In this document: positions 39,175 to 47,154 of the stretch, one piece after another
Position numbering within the stretch: the first letter of the stretch is position 1
Layout: every line of letters begins with the position of its first letter
Made by a program: the position numbers and the translations under genes
The notes under the pieces: model-generated
The model's database searches: none
What the model was told of the DNA's origin: nothing
The model's input: the letters and a program-made list of their open reading frames with translations, nothing else
Assembly: GCA_040757175.1 (NCBI GenBank)
Contig: JBFLXM010000010.1
Coordinates: 3,390 to 67,389 of the forward strand
Length of the DNA stretch: 64,000 nucleotides
From: Thermodesulfobacteriota bacterium
Lineage (GTDB): Bacteria; Desulfobacterota; Desulfobaccia; Desulfobaccales; 0-14-0-80-60-11
Direction of reading: 5' to 3'

Positions 39175-39888
39175 ATGAAAGGGTCGAAAGCATCAAAACA
39201 TATTGGCATCGTTGCTTGTAGCGCCGAGGGAGCAGCACTGTGCTATAGAACCATATGCATGGAAGCCCCTGCACTGTTGGGGGAACATTTGCATCCGGAG
39301 ATTTCTATGCACACGTATCCACTGGGCAATTACATGGTTCACATTCGCTCGGGGAATTGGGAAGAAGTTTCGTCTCTCATGCTATCATCTGCAAGAAAAC
39401 TTGCCCAAATCGGAGCTGATTTCGCAATCTGCCCAGACAACACAATTCACCAAGCCTTTGATTTCGTTGTCACTGAGTCCCCCATACCGTGGCTGCATAT
39501 AGCTGAAACCGTTGCCCAACATGCTGCTAAACAAGGATTCAAGCGCCTTGCTCTGATCGGCACCAGCTACCTGATGATAAGTCCTGTATATCCCAAAATC
39601 CTTGATAAGTTAGGAATTTATATGGAAATACCTAACGAATCAGAAAGAGAAAAGATTAATGCGATCATTTTTAACGAACTAGTTAATGGTATTTTTTTGG
39701 AAACGTCCCGGCTTTATCTAAATGAAGTAATCAAGGAATTAAAAAAAAGAGGATGTGATGCAGTTGTACTCGGCTGCACTGAGATTCCGTTACTTGTAGT
39801 TCCCAACGATTGTCCATTACCCACCCTTGACTCAACACGATTGCTAGCGAGAGCGGCATTAAAAGAAGCCATAAAGATTACAGGATAG
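39175..39888 (+). CDS. Aspartate/glutamate racemase family protein, AT-rich
   Basis: GADF..CPDNT.H, IPWLHI, LGCTEIPL. Confidence 0.88.
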   Translation: MKGSKASKHIGIVACSAEGAALCYRTICMEAPALLGEHLHPEISMHTYPLGNYMVHIRSGNWEEVSSLMLSSARKLAQIGADFAICPDNTIHQAFDFVVTESPIPWLHIAETVAQHAAKQGFKRLALIGTSYLMISPVYPKILDKLGIYMEIPNESEREKINAIIFNELVNGIFLETSRLYLNEVIKELKKRGCDAVVLGCTEIPLLVVPNDCPLPTLDSTRLLARAALKEAIKITG

Positions 39889-40233
39889 TTAACCTTCATT
39901 TTGCCATCTTTTCCCAAGATCTGCATCAATCATCCCATCCTTTCTGGAATTCTCCCTCTTTTCCTCTAAATTCCCTTGGGAACCAAAATTTACTTGAATA
40001 AGGTGTGACCATGCGCTTTTTGCCTTCTTTGCCCCGGCGGCCAGGTGGAATTAAGGGGTACAGAAGCGGCGCAGTTCCGCCACTTGAGTCTGGCTTATCC
40101 GGAAAATACCTTGAAAATAGCGGAGTTATCCTGCTCCCCCGCCCCGGTTCCGGCGCCACCTTCAACCCAATACCAAGTCGCCGTCAAACGAGTAGAGTTG
40201 TATTACTCGGAGCAAGAAGTCATTTGTATTTCT

Positions 40234-40295
40234 TGTCATTCTGAGGCCCCGGAGGGGCCGAAGAATCTAGACCCTTCGCTGCGCTCAGGGTGACA
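40234..40295. repeat. (T/C)GTC-type REP doublet
   Basis: TGTCATTCTGAG...CGAAGAATCT-AGACCCTTCGCTGCGCTCAGGGTGACA; related copy at 5916-5987. Confidence 0.75.
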
Positions 40296-40464
40296 AAAAA
40301 GCAATCTATTTTGTGCTCCTCGTAATAAGTGGTGAACCTTCTAACGAATTTGGTTTCCTGCACAATTGAGTCCTCACCCAGGACGATACGCCGGTTTTAT
40401 ACCAATTTCACTTTCAAATGAAACAAATTTGCGATCTAACCTATTGATAATCTTCTTTCATTTA

Positions 40465-40497
40465 ACCGAAAACCGAAAACTGAAAACCGAAAACGGT
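40465..40497. repeat. Heptamer tract (AAAACCG)n
   Basis: accgaaaaccgaaaactgaaaaccgaaaacgg. Confidence 0.85.
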
Positions 40498-40669
40498 ATT
40501 ATACAGTATGATGCCATACCGGGAGCTTCCTTGTGGCCATCCGCTCTCCGGCCGCCTGGGTGGACCGGGGATAACTGCGATCAGCGTAACGGTTGCCGAG
40601 AAAGACTTCCGGGAAATTGTTGCTGAAGATTTAATTGCGGATCAGAGGGCCTACTAGCTCCTCAGCCGT

Positions 40670-41842
40670 CTATTTGATATTGAATACCGGGGGCTGGGGC
40701 GCAAGGTTCAGAAGCTCTTTCTGCAAGTCCAGATTATCTTCCAGGGGGCCTCTGCCGGTTTTGGCTTCCTTGGGGCCGGGAGGCGGGGCATTGGCCGCCG
40801 CGGTCTTATTATCCACCTGGGCCGCGGGCGCGGCTGCGGTCCGGGCTTGCACCGGGCCCGGCGGCGCCACCGGCCCGGCGGCCGGAGCCGCGGTCGAAGG
40901 CTTGGGTCCAGGGGCAGGCGGGGGCAGCTTCACCGCGGCCGCGGCCGGAGGGGCCGGAGGCGGCGGGGGCCCGGCTTTCGAGAGTTCGCTGCCGTTCTTC
41001 CCTGCCTTGCTTTTAACCGGGAGGTCGATGGGTAGGGGCTTGTCCGGATCTTTACTCAGCGGCTTGACAATGATGCTCACCCGCCGGTTCTTGTAATCAT
41101 TGGGGTCCTTGCTGTTATAGAGGCGGCGGTCGGCATAACCCCGCACCTCCGCAATCTGGCCGGTTTTTAGGCCCGAATCGTCCATCAACCGCCGGGCCGC
41201 GTTGGCCCGGTCAGAGGATAATTCCCAGTTGGAATAACTCTTCTTGCCGCCGTAAGGACGGCTGTCCGTATGCCCTTCAAGGGCCAAATGGTTGGGCAGT
41301 TGGCCCAGTTCCTTGGAGATAATGTCAAAGATTTTGTGAGTCTTGGGATTGATGTTGGCACTGCCCACCTCAAAAAACCGGGCGTCCTCCTTTTCCATGA
41401 GTTCGATCCGGAGACCCTCATCAGTAATCTCCAGGCGTATCATATCCTTCAGCCCTTCCAGGTCCGGCAGTTGGGCGATCATTTCCTCGATTTTCTTCTT
41501 GGTTTCTTCCATGCGTTTGGCGTCATTGACCACATCCGCAGGCGCGGGCGAGGGTCTCTGCAGGTCCTGGCTGTGCCCGGGGGTGGGCATCTCTCCGCCC
41601 ATATCGCTCGTCTCCAAGAGCCCCTGGGAATGGGGCAATAACCCGGGATTCTTGAAATATTGGGCCACATTTTGCCGGATGGACTGGCTCTGGGCCATGA
41701 TCCAAAGAACGATGAACAGGGCCATCATGGCGGTGACGAAATCCGCGTAGGCCACCTTCCAGGCCCCGCCGTGATGGCCGCCGTGGCCCCCCTTCTTCTT
41801 GATGATCCTTTGGATCGGCGCTTCGCCGTTCAATTCGGACAT
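40670..41842 (-). CDS. motB: Stator protein MotB with a Pro/Ala-rich C-terminal extension
   Basis: HHGGAWKVAYADFVTAMMALF, OmpA-like GHTD, NWELSSDRA, NRRVSI. Confidence 0.92.
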   Translation of the reverse strand: MSELNGEAPIQRIIKKKGGHGGHHGGAWKVAYADFVTAMMALFIVLWIMAQSQSIRQNVAQYFKNPGLLPHSQGLLETSDMGGEMPTPGHSQDLQRPSPAPADVVNDAKRMEETKKKIEEMIAQLPDLEGLKDMIRLEITDEGLRIELMEKEDARFFEVGSANINPKTHKIFDIISKELGQLPNHLALEGHTDSRPYGGKKSYSNWELSSDRANAARRLMDDSGLKTGQIAEVRGYADRRLYNSKDPNDYKNRRVSIIVKPLSKDPDKPLPIDLPVKSKAGKNGSELSKAGPPPPPAPPAAAAVKLPPPAPGPKPSTAAPAAGPVAPPGPVQARTAAAPAAQVDNKTAAANAPPPGPKEAKTGRGPLEDNLDLQKELLNLAPQPPVFNIK

Positions 41843-41939
41843 GATGTGCCGTTAACTTACCTGAGCTTACTCTGGTTCTCTGGGCGTAGACCCCGCCAGG
41901 AACCGTAAGGCTCTGATATTAAGTAGATTTTTCTAATAG

Positions 41940-41968
41940 AAAACGGAAACCTGAAAACCAAAAACCGT
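41940..41968. repeat. Heptamer tract just after the motA stop
   Basis: aaaacggaaacctgaaaaccaaaaaccgt. Confidence 0.7.
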
Positions 41969-41969
41969 A

Positions 41970-42836
41970 TTAATTACCTTTTACCTTGATGGCCCGGCAG
42001 GCTTCTTCCACTTCCCCAAAGCTGGGGCGGGTATCAGTGGCAATCACCCGCCGGGCGAATTCCACGGCCACGATGGGGGCCATGCCTTTGGCGTAAGCCA
42101 CCACTCCGGCTTTGATGCATTTCAAGACCACCTCTTCCGAGGCCGCCTGGTTCTCGATGGTGGAGGCTAAAGGCGAGACAAACCCGTAACACATGAGCAC
42201 TCCCAGGAAAGTGCCTACCAGGGCCGCGGCCACATGGTGGCCCACTTCCGAGGCCGGCCCGCCCACGGACTGCATGGTGATAACAATACCCAGAACCGCG
42301 GCCACGATACCCAGGCCCGGGAGGGAATCGCCGATTTTCGCCAGAGTCAGCCCGGGCTTGCGCCCTTCTTCTTCCTGGGTCTCCAGGTCCGCGTCCAGTA
42401 TCAACTCCAGTTCCAGGGCCGGCACCCCCCCCACCACCAGCAATTTCAGGGAATCGGTAATATACTCCAAGGCATGATGATTGTTGCTGACAATAGGGTA
42501 TTTGGCAAACAGCTCGCTTTCTTCCGGCTTCTCCACGTGGGATTCCAAGTGCAGGAGGCCCTTGACCCGGGCGGTTTGAAAGAGTTCATAAAGAAGTTGC
42601 AGCACCTCCACGAAATTGGCTTGGCTGTGACCCGGGGATTTGAGGGAACTCAAAATATAGGTGATAATCTTCTTCAAGACCGGCATGGGCGTGGAGATCA
42701 GCAGCGCGCCCAGGGCCGAGCCCCCGATGATCACAAATTCGGCCCATTGCAGCAGGAGGAGAAGGTTCCCCCCTGCCAGGAGAAAACCTCCAATAACCGA
42801 GACTATCACCACTCCTAAGCCGATGATTACTAGCAC
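41970..42836 (-). CDS. motA: Stator protein MotA
   Basis: EFVIIGG, LPGLGIVAAVLGIV, AALVGTFLGV..YGFV.P, AVEFARR. Confidence 0.94.
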   Translation of the reverse strand: MLVIIGLGVVIVSVIGGFLLAGGNLLLLLQWAEFVIIGGSALGALLISTPMPVLKKIITYILSSLKSPGHSQANFVEVLQLLYELFQTARVKGLLHLESHVEKPEESELFAKYPIVSNNHHALEYITDSLKLLVVGGVPALELELILDADLETQEEEGRKPGLTLAKIGDSLPGLGIVAAVLGIVITMQSVGGPASEVGHHVAAALVGTFLGVLMCYGFVSPLASTIENQAASEEVVLKCIKAGVVAYAKGMAPIVAVEFARRVIATDTRPSFGEVEEACRAIKVKGN

Positions 42837-42894
42837 TTTTTAACCGGAATAACCTCGAGGGCGGGAATTTGGCGGAGCCACCCCTCCAATTTTG

Positions 42895-42922
42895 TTATCG
42901 GTTAAAGGCGTACCCTTCTTTA
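42895..42922 (-). promoter_or_regulatory. Putative sigma28 (FliA/SigD-type) promoter of motAB
   Basis: TAAA-N16-ACCGATAA about 60 nt upstream of motA. Confidence 0.6.
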
Positions 42923-43312
42923 ACAATTCCTTAGGGGTCAGGAAAACGGGGGCATGGTCTTATGCCTTGTAATTATTGAGAATTCTGACTAAAGTGACCT
43001 GGAAGGGAAAGAATTTTTCGAAAGCTTCTGGTGGGGGGCAAAATAGAATTCCAGGACCAATAGGGAGAAAAGGCGCCGGATGAAAAAGGAATTAATGGGA
43101 TAAGCAATTAATATTTAAAAAATATTGCCATTAATAAATTTCCTTGCCCCTCTGTTCCGGTGGGCATTTTTCGGTGCATTTATTACAAAATCAGGCCGGA
43201 TATTAAAGCCCGCCCGGAAACATAACGGGACTCTTTCTGGGGCCTTGCGGAAAAATGGGACAGGGATTATATTTATGCCGACAGCGTTTCATTCTTCTCC
43301 AAGGAGGAGACG

Positions 43313-43477
43313 ATGCCGACCTACGATTACCTTTGCAGCCAATGTGGCCATGAATTCACCCGGATCATGAGTATTAGTGAATACGAAGCTGTCAAGGTCA
43401 CCTGTCCCAAGTGCAACTCCCCGGAAGTAAAGCAACAAATGACCGCCTTCATCTCCAAGACTTCCCGGAAGAGTTGA
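43313..43477 (+). CDS. FmdB-family zinc-ribbon protein (not in the ORF track)
   Basis: AGGAGG SD; MPTYDYLCSQCGHEF...CPKCNS; 54 aa. Confidence 0.88.
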   Translation: MPTYDYLCSQCGHEFTRIMSISEYEAVKVTCPKCNSPEVKQQMTAFISKTSRKS

Positions 43478-43486
43478 ACCCCGTTC

Positions 43487-45832
43487 TCAGGGGCGCCACT
43501 GGCGCACCCCCACGCCCTTGCCGGAGAGGTGCAGGCTGACCGCGCCTTCCCGGGTTAAATAGCCCCGGACCCCGCCAGGGAGGCCCGAGGCCGCGACGTC
43601 CTGCTGGGGAGAGCCGTAAATCACCATGATTTCCGGACGCAGTTTCTCCAGGCAGGCGTCCAGGGTCGGGGCCATGGTTCCGGGGATAACCAGCGCCGCC
43701 ACCCGGGCCCCGGGGGGAAGAGCCAACGCGGCCGCGTCCAACTTGCGCACCGGAGGAATGACGAAGACCAGCCGGCCTTGATGGGAGAGTTTTAAGGCCA
43801 TGTCTCCCGCCTCCCCCAGACGCGGAAATTCCAGCCCCACGCTCCCCAGGACCCCAGGGGGACGGCCCCGCTCCAGGGACCGGGGCGACCGGTTCTGGTC
43901 TCCCAGCAGATTCACCAACTCATAATAAGCCGGTCCCTCCGGCCCCCGCCGGCCATACCAGAACTGGCCCACCTGGAACTGCCGGGCCAGGGTCAACAGC
44001 TCCGGGGCATTGCCCTGGGCCAGCCCCAAAGCCATCACCTGCTCCAGGCGCTGCCACTGGCGCCAATGGAGATAACCGGGCAAGGGACTCAAACCGCCGC
44101 CGCTCTGCCCCGGCCAGGAGGCCCCGGCCGCGGAAAAAACCAGGCGCCGGCCCTCGGGGGTAACCGCGACTCCTGCCAGGCCGCGGTTGGTGTCCAGGCA
44201 GGTGATTTCCAGATCGTGGTGAGCGAACAGCGGGGGGAGGGCCACCGTGCCTGCCAGGATCAAGGCGGCCCCCCCCGCCCCCGCCCAGGTCCGCCAATCC
44301 CGCCGGCGGGGGAAAAGCAGAAGCAACAGCATAAAATAGGCGGCAATCTGCAGCCAGGTGGGAGTGGACACGGTAAGGGCGCTCCCCGGCAGCCGCGCGG
44401 CCCAGGCAATTACCGCGTATCCCAACTCCAGGGGGATGCGCCCCAGGGCCAAAAGCACCTGGGCCACGGATGTCAGATGGAGGCTTTGGGCCAGAACCGC
44501 GGCCTCCCCCAGGGGCAGGGCCAGGAGCAGGACCAGGGGAATGGCCGCCAAATTGACCGCGGCCCCCAGGAGGGAAACCACCTGAAAATGCATGGCCACC
44601 AAAGGCGCAGTGGCTAACGTCGCCACCAGGGACGCGGCCGCGGCTTCCTTCCCCCGGAGCCAGACGAGGTTTCTCCACCTGACCAGCCATCCTCCGGTAG
44701 ACAACCCTTCCCGGGCTCCCCTGAACCAGCGGGGCAGAACATAGAGGAGCGCGGCCACGGCCACAAAAGATAGCTGAAAGGACGCAAAATAGAGCCGCAA
44801 GGGAGAGAGGCATAAGATGATCAAAGCCGCCAAAGCCAGGGCGCTCCAGACCTCCCGGGGGCGGCCCAGAAAGAGGAGCAGCAGGTAGGCCAGGACCATG
44901 ATCTCCGCCCTTTGGGTGGAGGGCGACCCGCCCGCGACCCAGGCATAGGCCACCACCGGCGCCGCGGCCACCAGGGTGGAAATCTGCACCGCATTGAGGC
45001 GCAGCAGCAGCCGGGGAAAACGCCGGAGCCCCCAGAAACACAGGAAATAGGCCACCGCGGCCACTGCCCCCAGGTGCATGCCGTTGATCACCATCAGATG
45101 GCTGGTGCCCGTGCGGCTGAAGGCCTGGCGCATTTCCGGGGAGATCTCCCCCTGGTCCCCCAAGAGCATAGCCAGATACATGGCCCGGGGCGCGGCCGGC
45201 AACTCTTGCAGCAACCTGCGGATGCTCCCCCGGAGGCGTTCCCCCAGGGGCGGAGCCCCGGCATTGGCCAAAATTATCAGATCGTCCGGCTGCCGCAGGG
45301 CCGCCATCCGGAAGATGCCGTCTGCGGCCAGATAACGGCCCCGGTCGAAGCCCCCCGGATTTTGCAGCACCCGAGGCGGCCGGAGCCGCACCTTGAGGAC
45401 CACCGCGGTCCCCAGCGGCGGCGAGGCCAGCGGCGGCGCGCTCACCAGCAGCTTGCCGCAGACCGGACGCCAACCTGCCGGGCTGCGCCAGGCTTCCGCG
45501 TCCAGAAAGAGCTGCACCCTCTCCGCCCTGATCCTGCTGGGCCGGTCCAGGCGCGCCCTCAGGATCACCTCCTGGTCCTGGGGCAGAAAGGTGAGATGAT
45601 GGGGAGGAAAAACGGGTTGCTGGGCCTGTTGGTAAAAGGCCACGCCCAACAACCAGAAAAAGGCCAGGGGCAGCCAGACTGCACCCCGGCGGGTCCACCA
45701 GGACAGGGCCAGCAGCAGCCAGAGGGCCAGCAGCCCCGCGGCCGGCCAAACGCCGGGAATCGCCAAACCCCAGGCAGGCGCGGCCACCCCCAGCATCAAA
45801 GCCAGCGTCAGCCAGACCAGGGGCCGGGCCAC
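43487..45832 (-). CDS. comEC: ComEC/Rec2 DNA-uptake channel with a degenerate C-terminal domain
   Basis: NPGGFD, AMLLGD, TGTSHLMVINGMH, SFQLSF; probable GTG start at 45832. Confidence 0.88.
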   Translation of the reverse strand: MARPLVWLTLALMLGVAAPAWGLAIPGVWPAAGLLALWLLLALSWWTRRGAVWLPLAFFWLLGVAFYQQAQQPVFPPHHLTFLPQDQEVILRARLDRPSRIRAERVQLFLDAEAWRSPAGWRPVCGKLLVSAPPLASPPLGTAVVLKVRLRPPRVLQNPGGFDRGRYLAADGIFRMAALRQPDDLIILANAGAPPLGERLRGSIRRLLQELPAAPRAMYLAMLLGDQGEISPEMRQAFSRTGTSHLMVINGMHLGAVAAVAYFLCFWGLRRFPRLLLRLNAVQISTLVAAAPVVAYAWVAGGSPSTQRAEIMVLAYLLLLFLGRPREVWSALALAALIILCLSPLRLYFASFQLSFVAVAALLYVLPRWFRGAREGLSTGGWLVRWRNLVWLRGKEAAAASLVATLATAPLVAMHFQVVSLLGAAVNLAAIPLVLLLALPLGEAAVLAQSLHLTSVAQVLLALGRIPLELGYAVIAWAARLPGSALTVSTPTWLQIAAYFMLLLLLFPRRRDWRTWAGAGGAALILAGTVALPPLFAHHDLEITCLDTNRGLAGVAVTPEGRRLVFSAAGASWPGQSGGGLSPLPGYLHWRQWQRLEQVMALGLAQGNAPELLTLARQFQVGQFWYGRRGPEGPAYYELVNLLGDQNRSPRSLERGRPPGVLGSVGLEFPRLGEAGDMALKLSHQGRLVFVIPPVRKLDAAALALPPGARVAALVIPGTMAPTLDACLEKLRPEIMVIYGSPQQDVAASGLPGGVRGYLTREGAVSLHLSGKGVGVRQWRP

Positions 45833-45884
45833 CTGGCGGCCCGGGGATTCGGAAATAAACGGCGGCTGAGCAGGACCGGAGATA

Positions 45885-45990
<106 letters not shown>

Positions 45991-46126
45991 TTAACCAACA
46001 GCCCTTGCCCGCCCGCGGTTTAGGCCATATTTTGCTAAAGTACGCCATCTTTAAGCCGATAAAAGAATTGAAGATGATTAAATACGGCTTTAATCAAGCT
46101 CAACCAGGTCTAAATAAAACTTCCGT

Positions 46127-46146
46127 ATTGACAACTAGTTATCAAT
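46127..46146. promoter_or_regulatory. Near-perfect 20-bp palindrome overlapping a TTGACA box
   Basis: ATTGACAACTAGTTATCAAT between divergent comEC and slt. Confidence 0.5.
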
Positions 46147-46163
46147 TGGTTTACAAGTTTGTT

Positions 46164-46967
46164 ATGGGAATGAAAATTTTCCTCCTGGCCATTATCTTTT
46201 CCATCCTGGCGCTGCCGACGGTGGCCGCGGCCGCGCCCCGGACCGCGGCTGACGGCTCCCTGGTCCTGGAGGTCAAAGAGTCCGCCGGCAAGCCCAATTC
46301 CGGGGACACCCTCTATGACCTGCAGACCCTGGGCACGGAGGTGCAGGCCTATATCTTCCATAACCGCACCCGGGTCTGGTCCCCCAACTTTATTCTGCAG
46401 AACCGCAGGTCCGCGTGGAAGCCTTTGTCCAACCCCCAATTGGAATCCCTGATCCACAAATATTCCCGGCATTACGGGGTGGACCCGGCCCTGATCCGGG
46501 CGGTGATGCGCCATGAGTCGGGCTTCAATACCCAGGCGGTCTCCCCCAAGGGAGCGCAGGGGCTGATGCAGTTGATGCCCGGCACCGCCGCGCTCATGGG
46601 CGTACGGGACCCCTTCGATCCGGAGCAGAATATCGCCGGCGGCGTCGGCTATCTCCGGCGCTGCCTGGACCGTTTCGGGAACAACGTGCCCCTGGCGGTG
46701 GCCGCGTATAACGCCGGGCCGGAGGCCGTGGCCCGGCACTGCAGTGTCCCCCCCTACAGCGAAACCCAAACCTTTGTGCAAAACGTCCTGGGAAGCTATG
46801 GCTCCTCCGGCTTACCCCGGGCCAACTATCCCGGGCTGGCCGCCGCCAAGGCCGCAGCCTCGCAGCAGGTGGCCAAACCCCCCCGCCGGACCAAAGGACC
46901 GAAGGTCATCGAGCTCACGCCCCGGAAAAAAAGCCGGCCCCGGGTTGCTCAAAATACCGGGGAATAA
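46164..46967 (+). CDS. SLT-domain lytic transglycosylase
   Basis: AVMRHES, GAQGLMQLMP.TA, AAYNAGP, PPYSET; signal peptide. Confidence 0.9.
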   Translation: MGMKIFLLAIIFSILALPTVAAAAPRTAADGSLVLEVKESAGKPNSGDTLYDLQTLGTEVQAYIFHNRTRVWSPNFILQNRRSAWKPLSNPQLESLIHKYSRHYGVDPALIRAVMRHESGFNTQAVSPKGAQGLMQLMPGTAALMGVRDPFDPEQNIAGGVGYLRRCLDRFGNNVPLAVAAYNAGPEAVARHCSVPPYSETQTFVQNVLGSYGSSGLPRANYPGLAAAKAAASQQVAKPPRRTKGPKVIELTPRKKSRPRVAQNTGE

Positions 46968-47032
46968 GCCGGTCCCGCCGCCAACCTGCGGGCAAACCCG
47001 GACTTCAGGCCGCGGCGCCCTCCACCCCTACT

Positions 47033-47154
47033 CATACCAAGTTGCAATCAAACGACAATTTTCTTGTAGGGGCGAATCTTGTATTCGCCCGGCCTCCAGG
47101 GCGAACACAAGGTTCGCCCCTACAGTTTAACGTCTTTTGATTGCGAATCGGTAT
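47033..47154. mobile_element. MITE-like element containing a GTAG REP pair
   Basis: Ends ATACCAAGTTGCAATCAAA / TTTGATTGCGAATCGGTAT; internal REP pair 47066-47123. Confidence 0.6.

Noticed and set aside
40670-42836. motAB as Zorya zorAB
   Set aside because: Typical flagellar MotA length and motifs, no long ZorA tail, no zorC/D/E, and a sigma28-like promoter.
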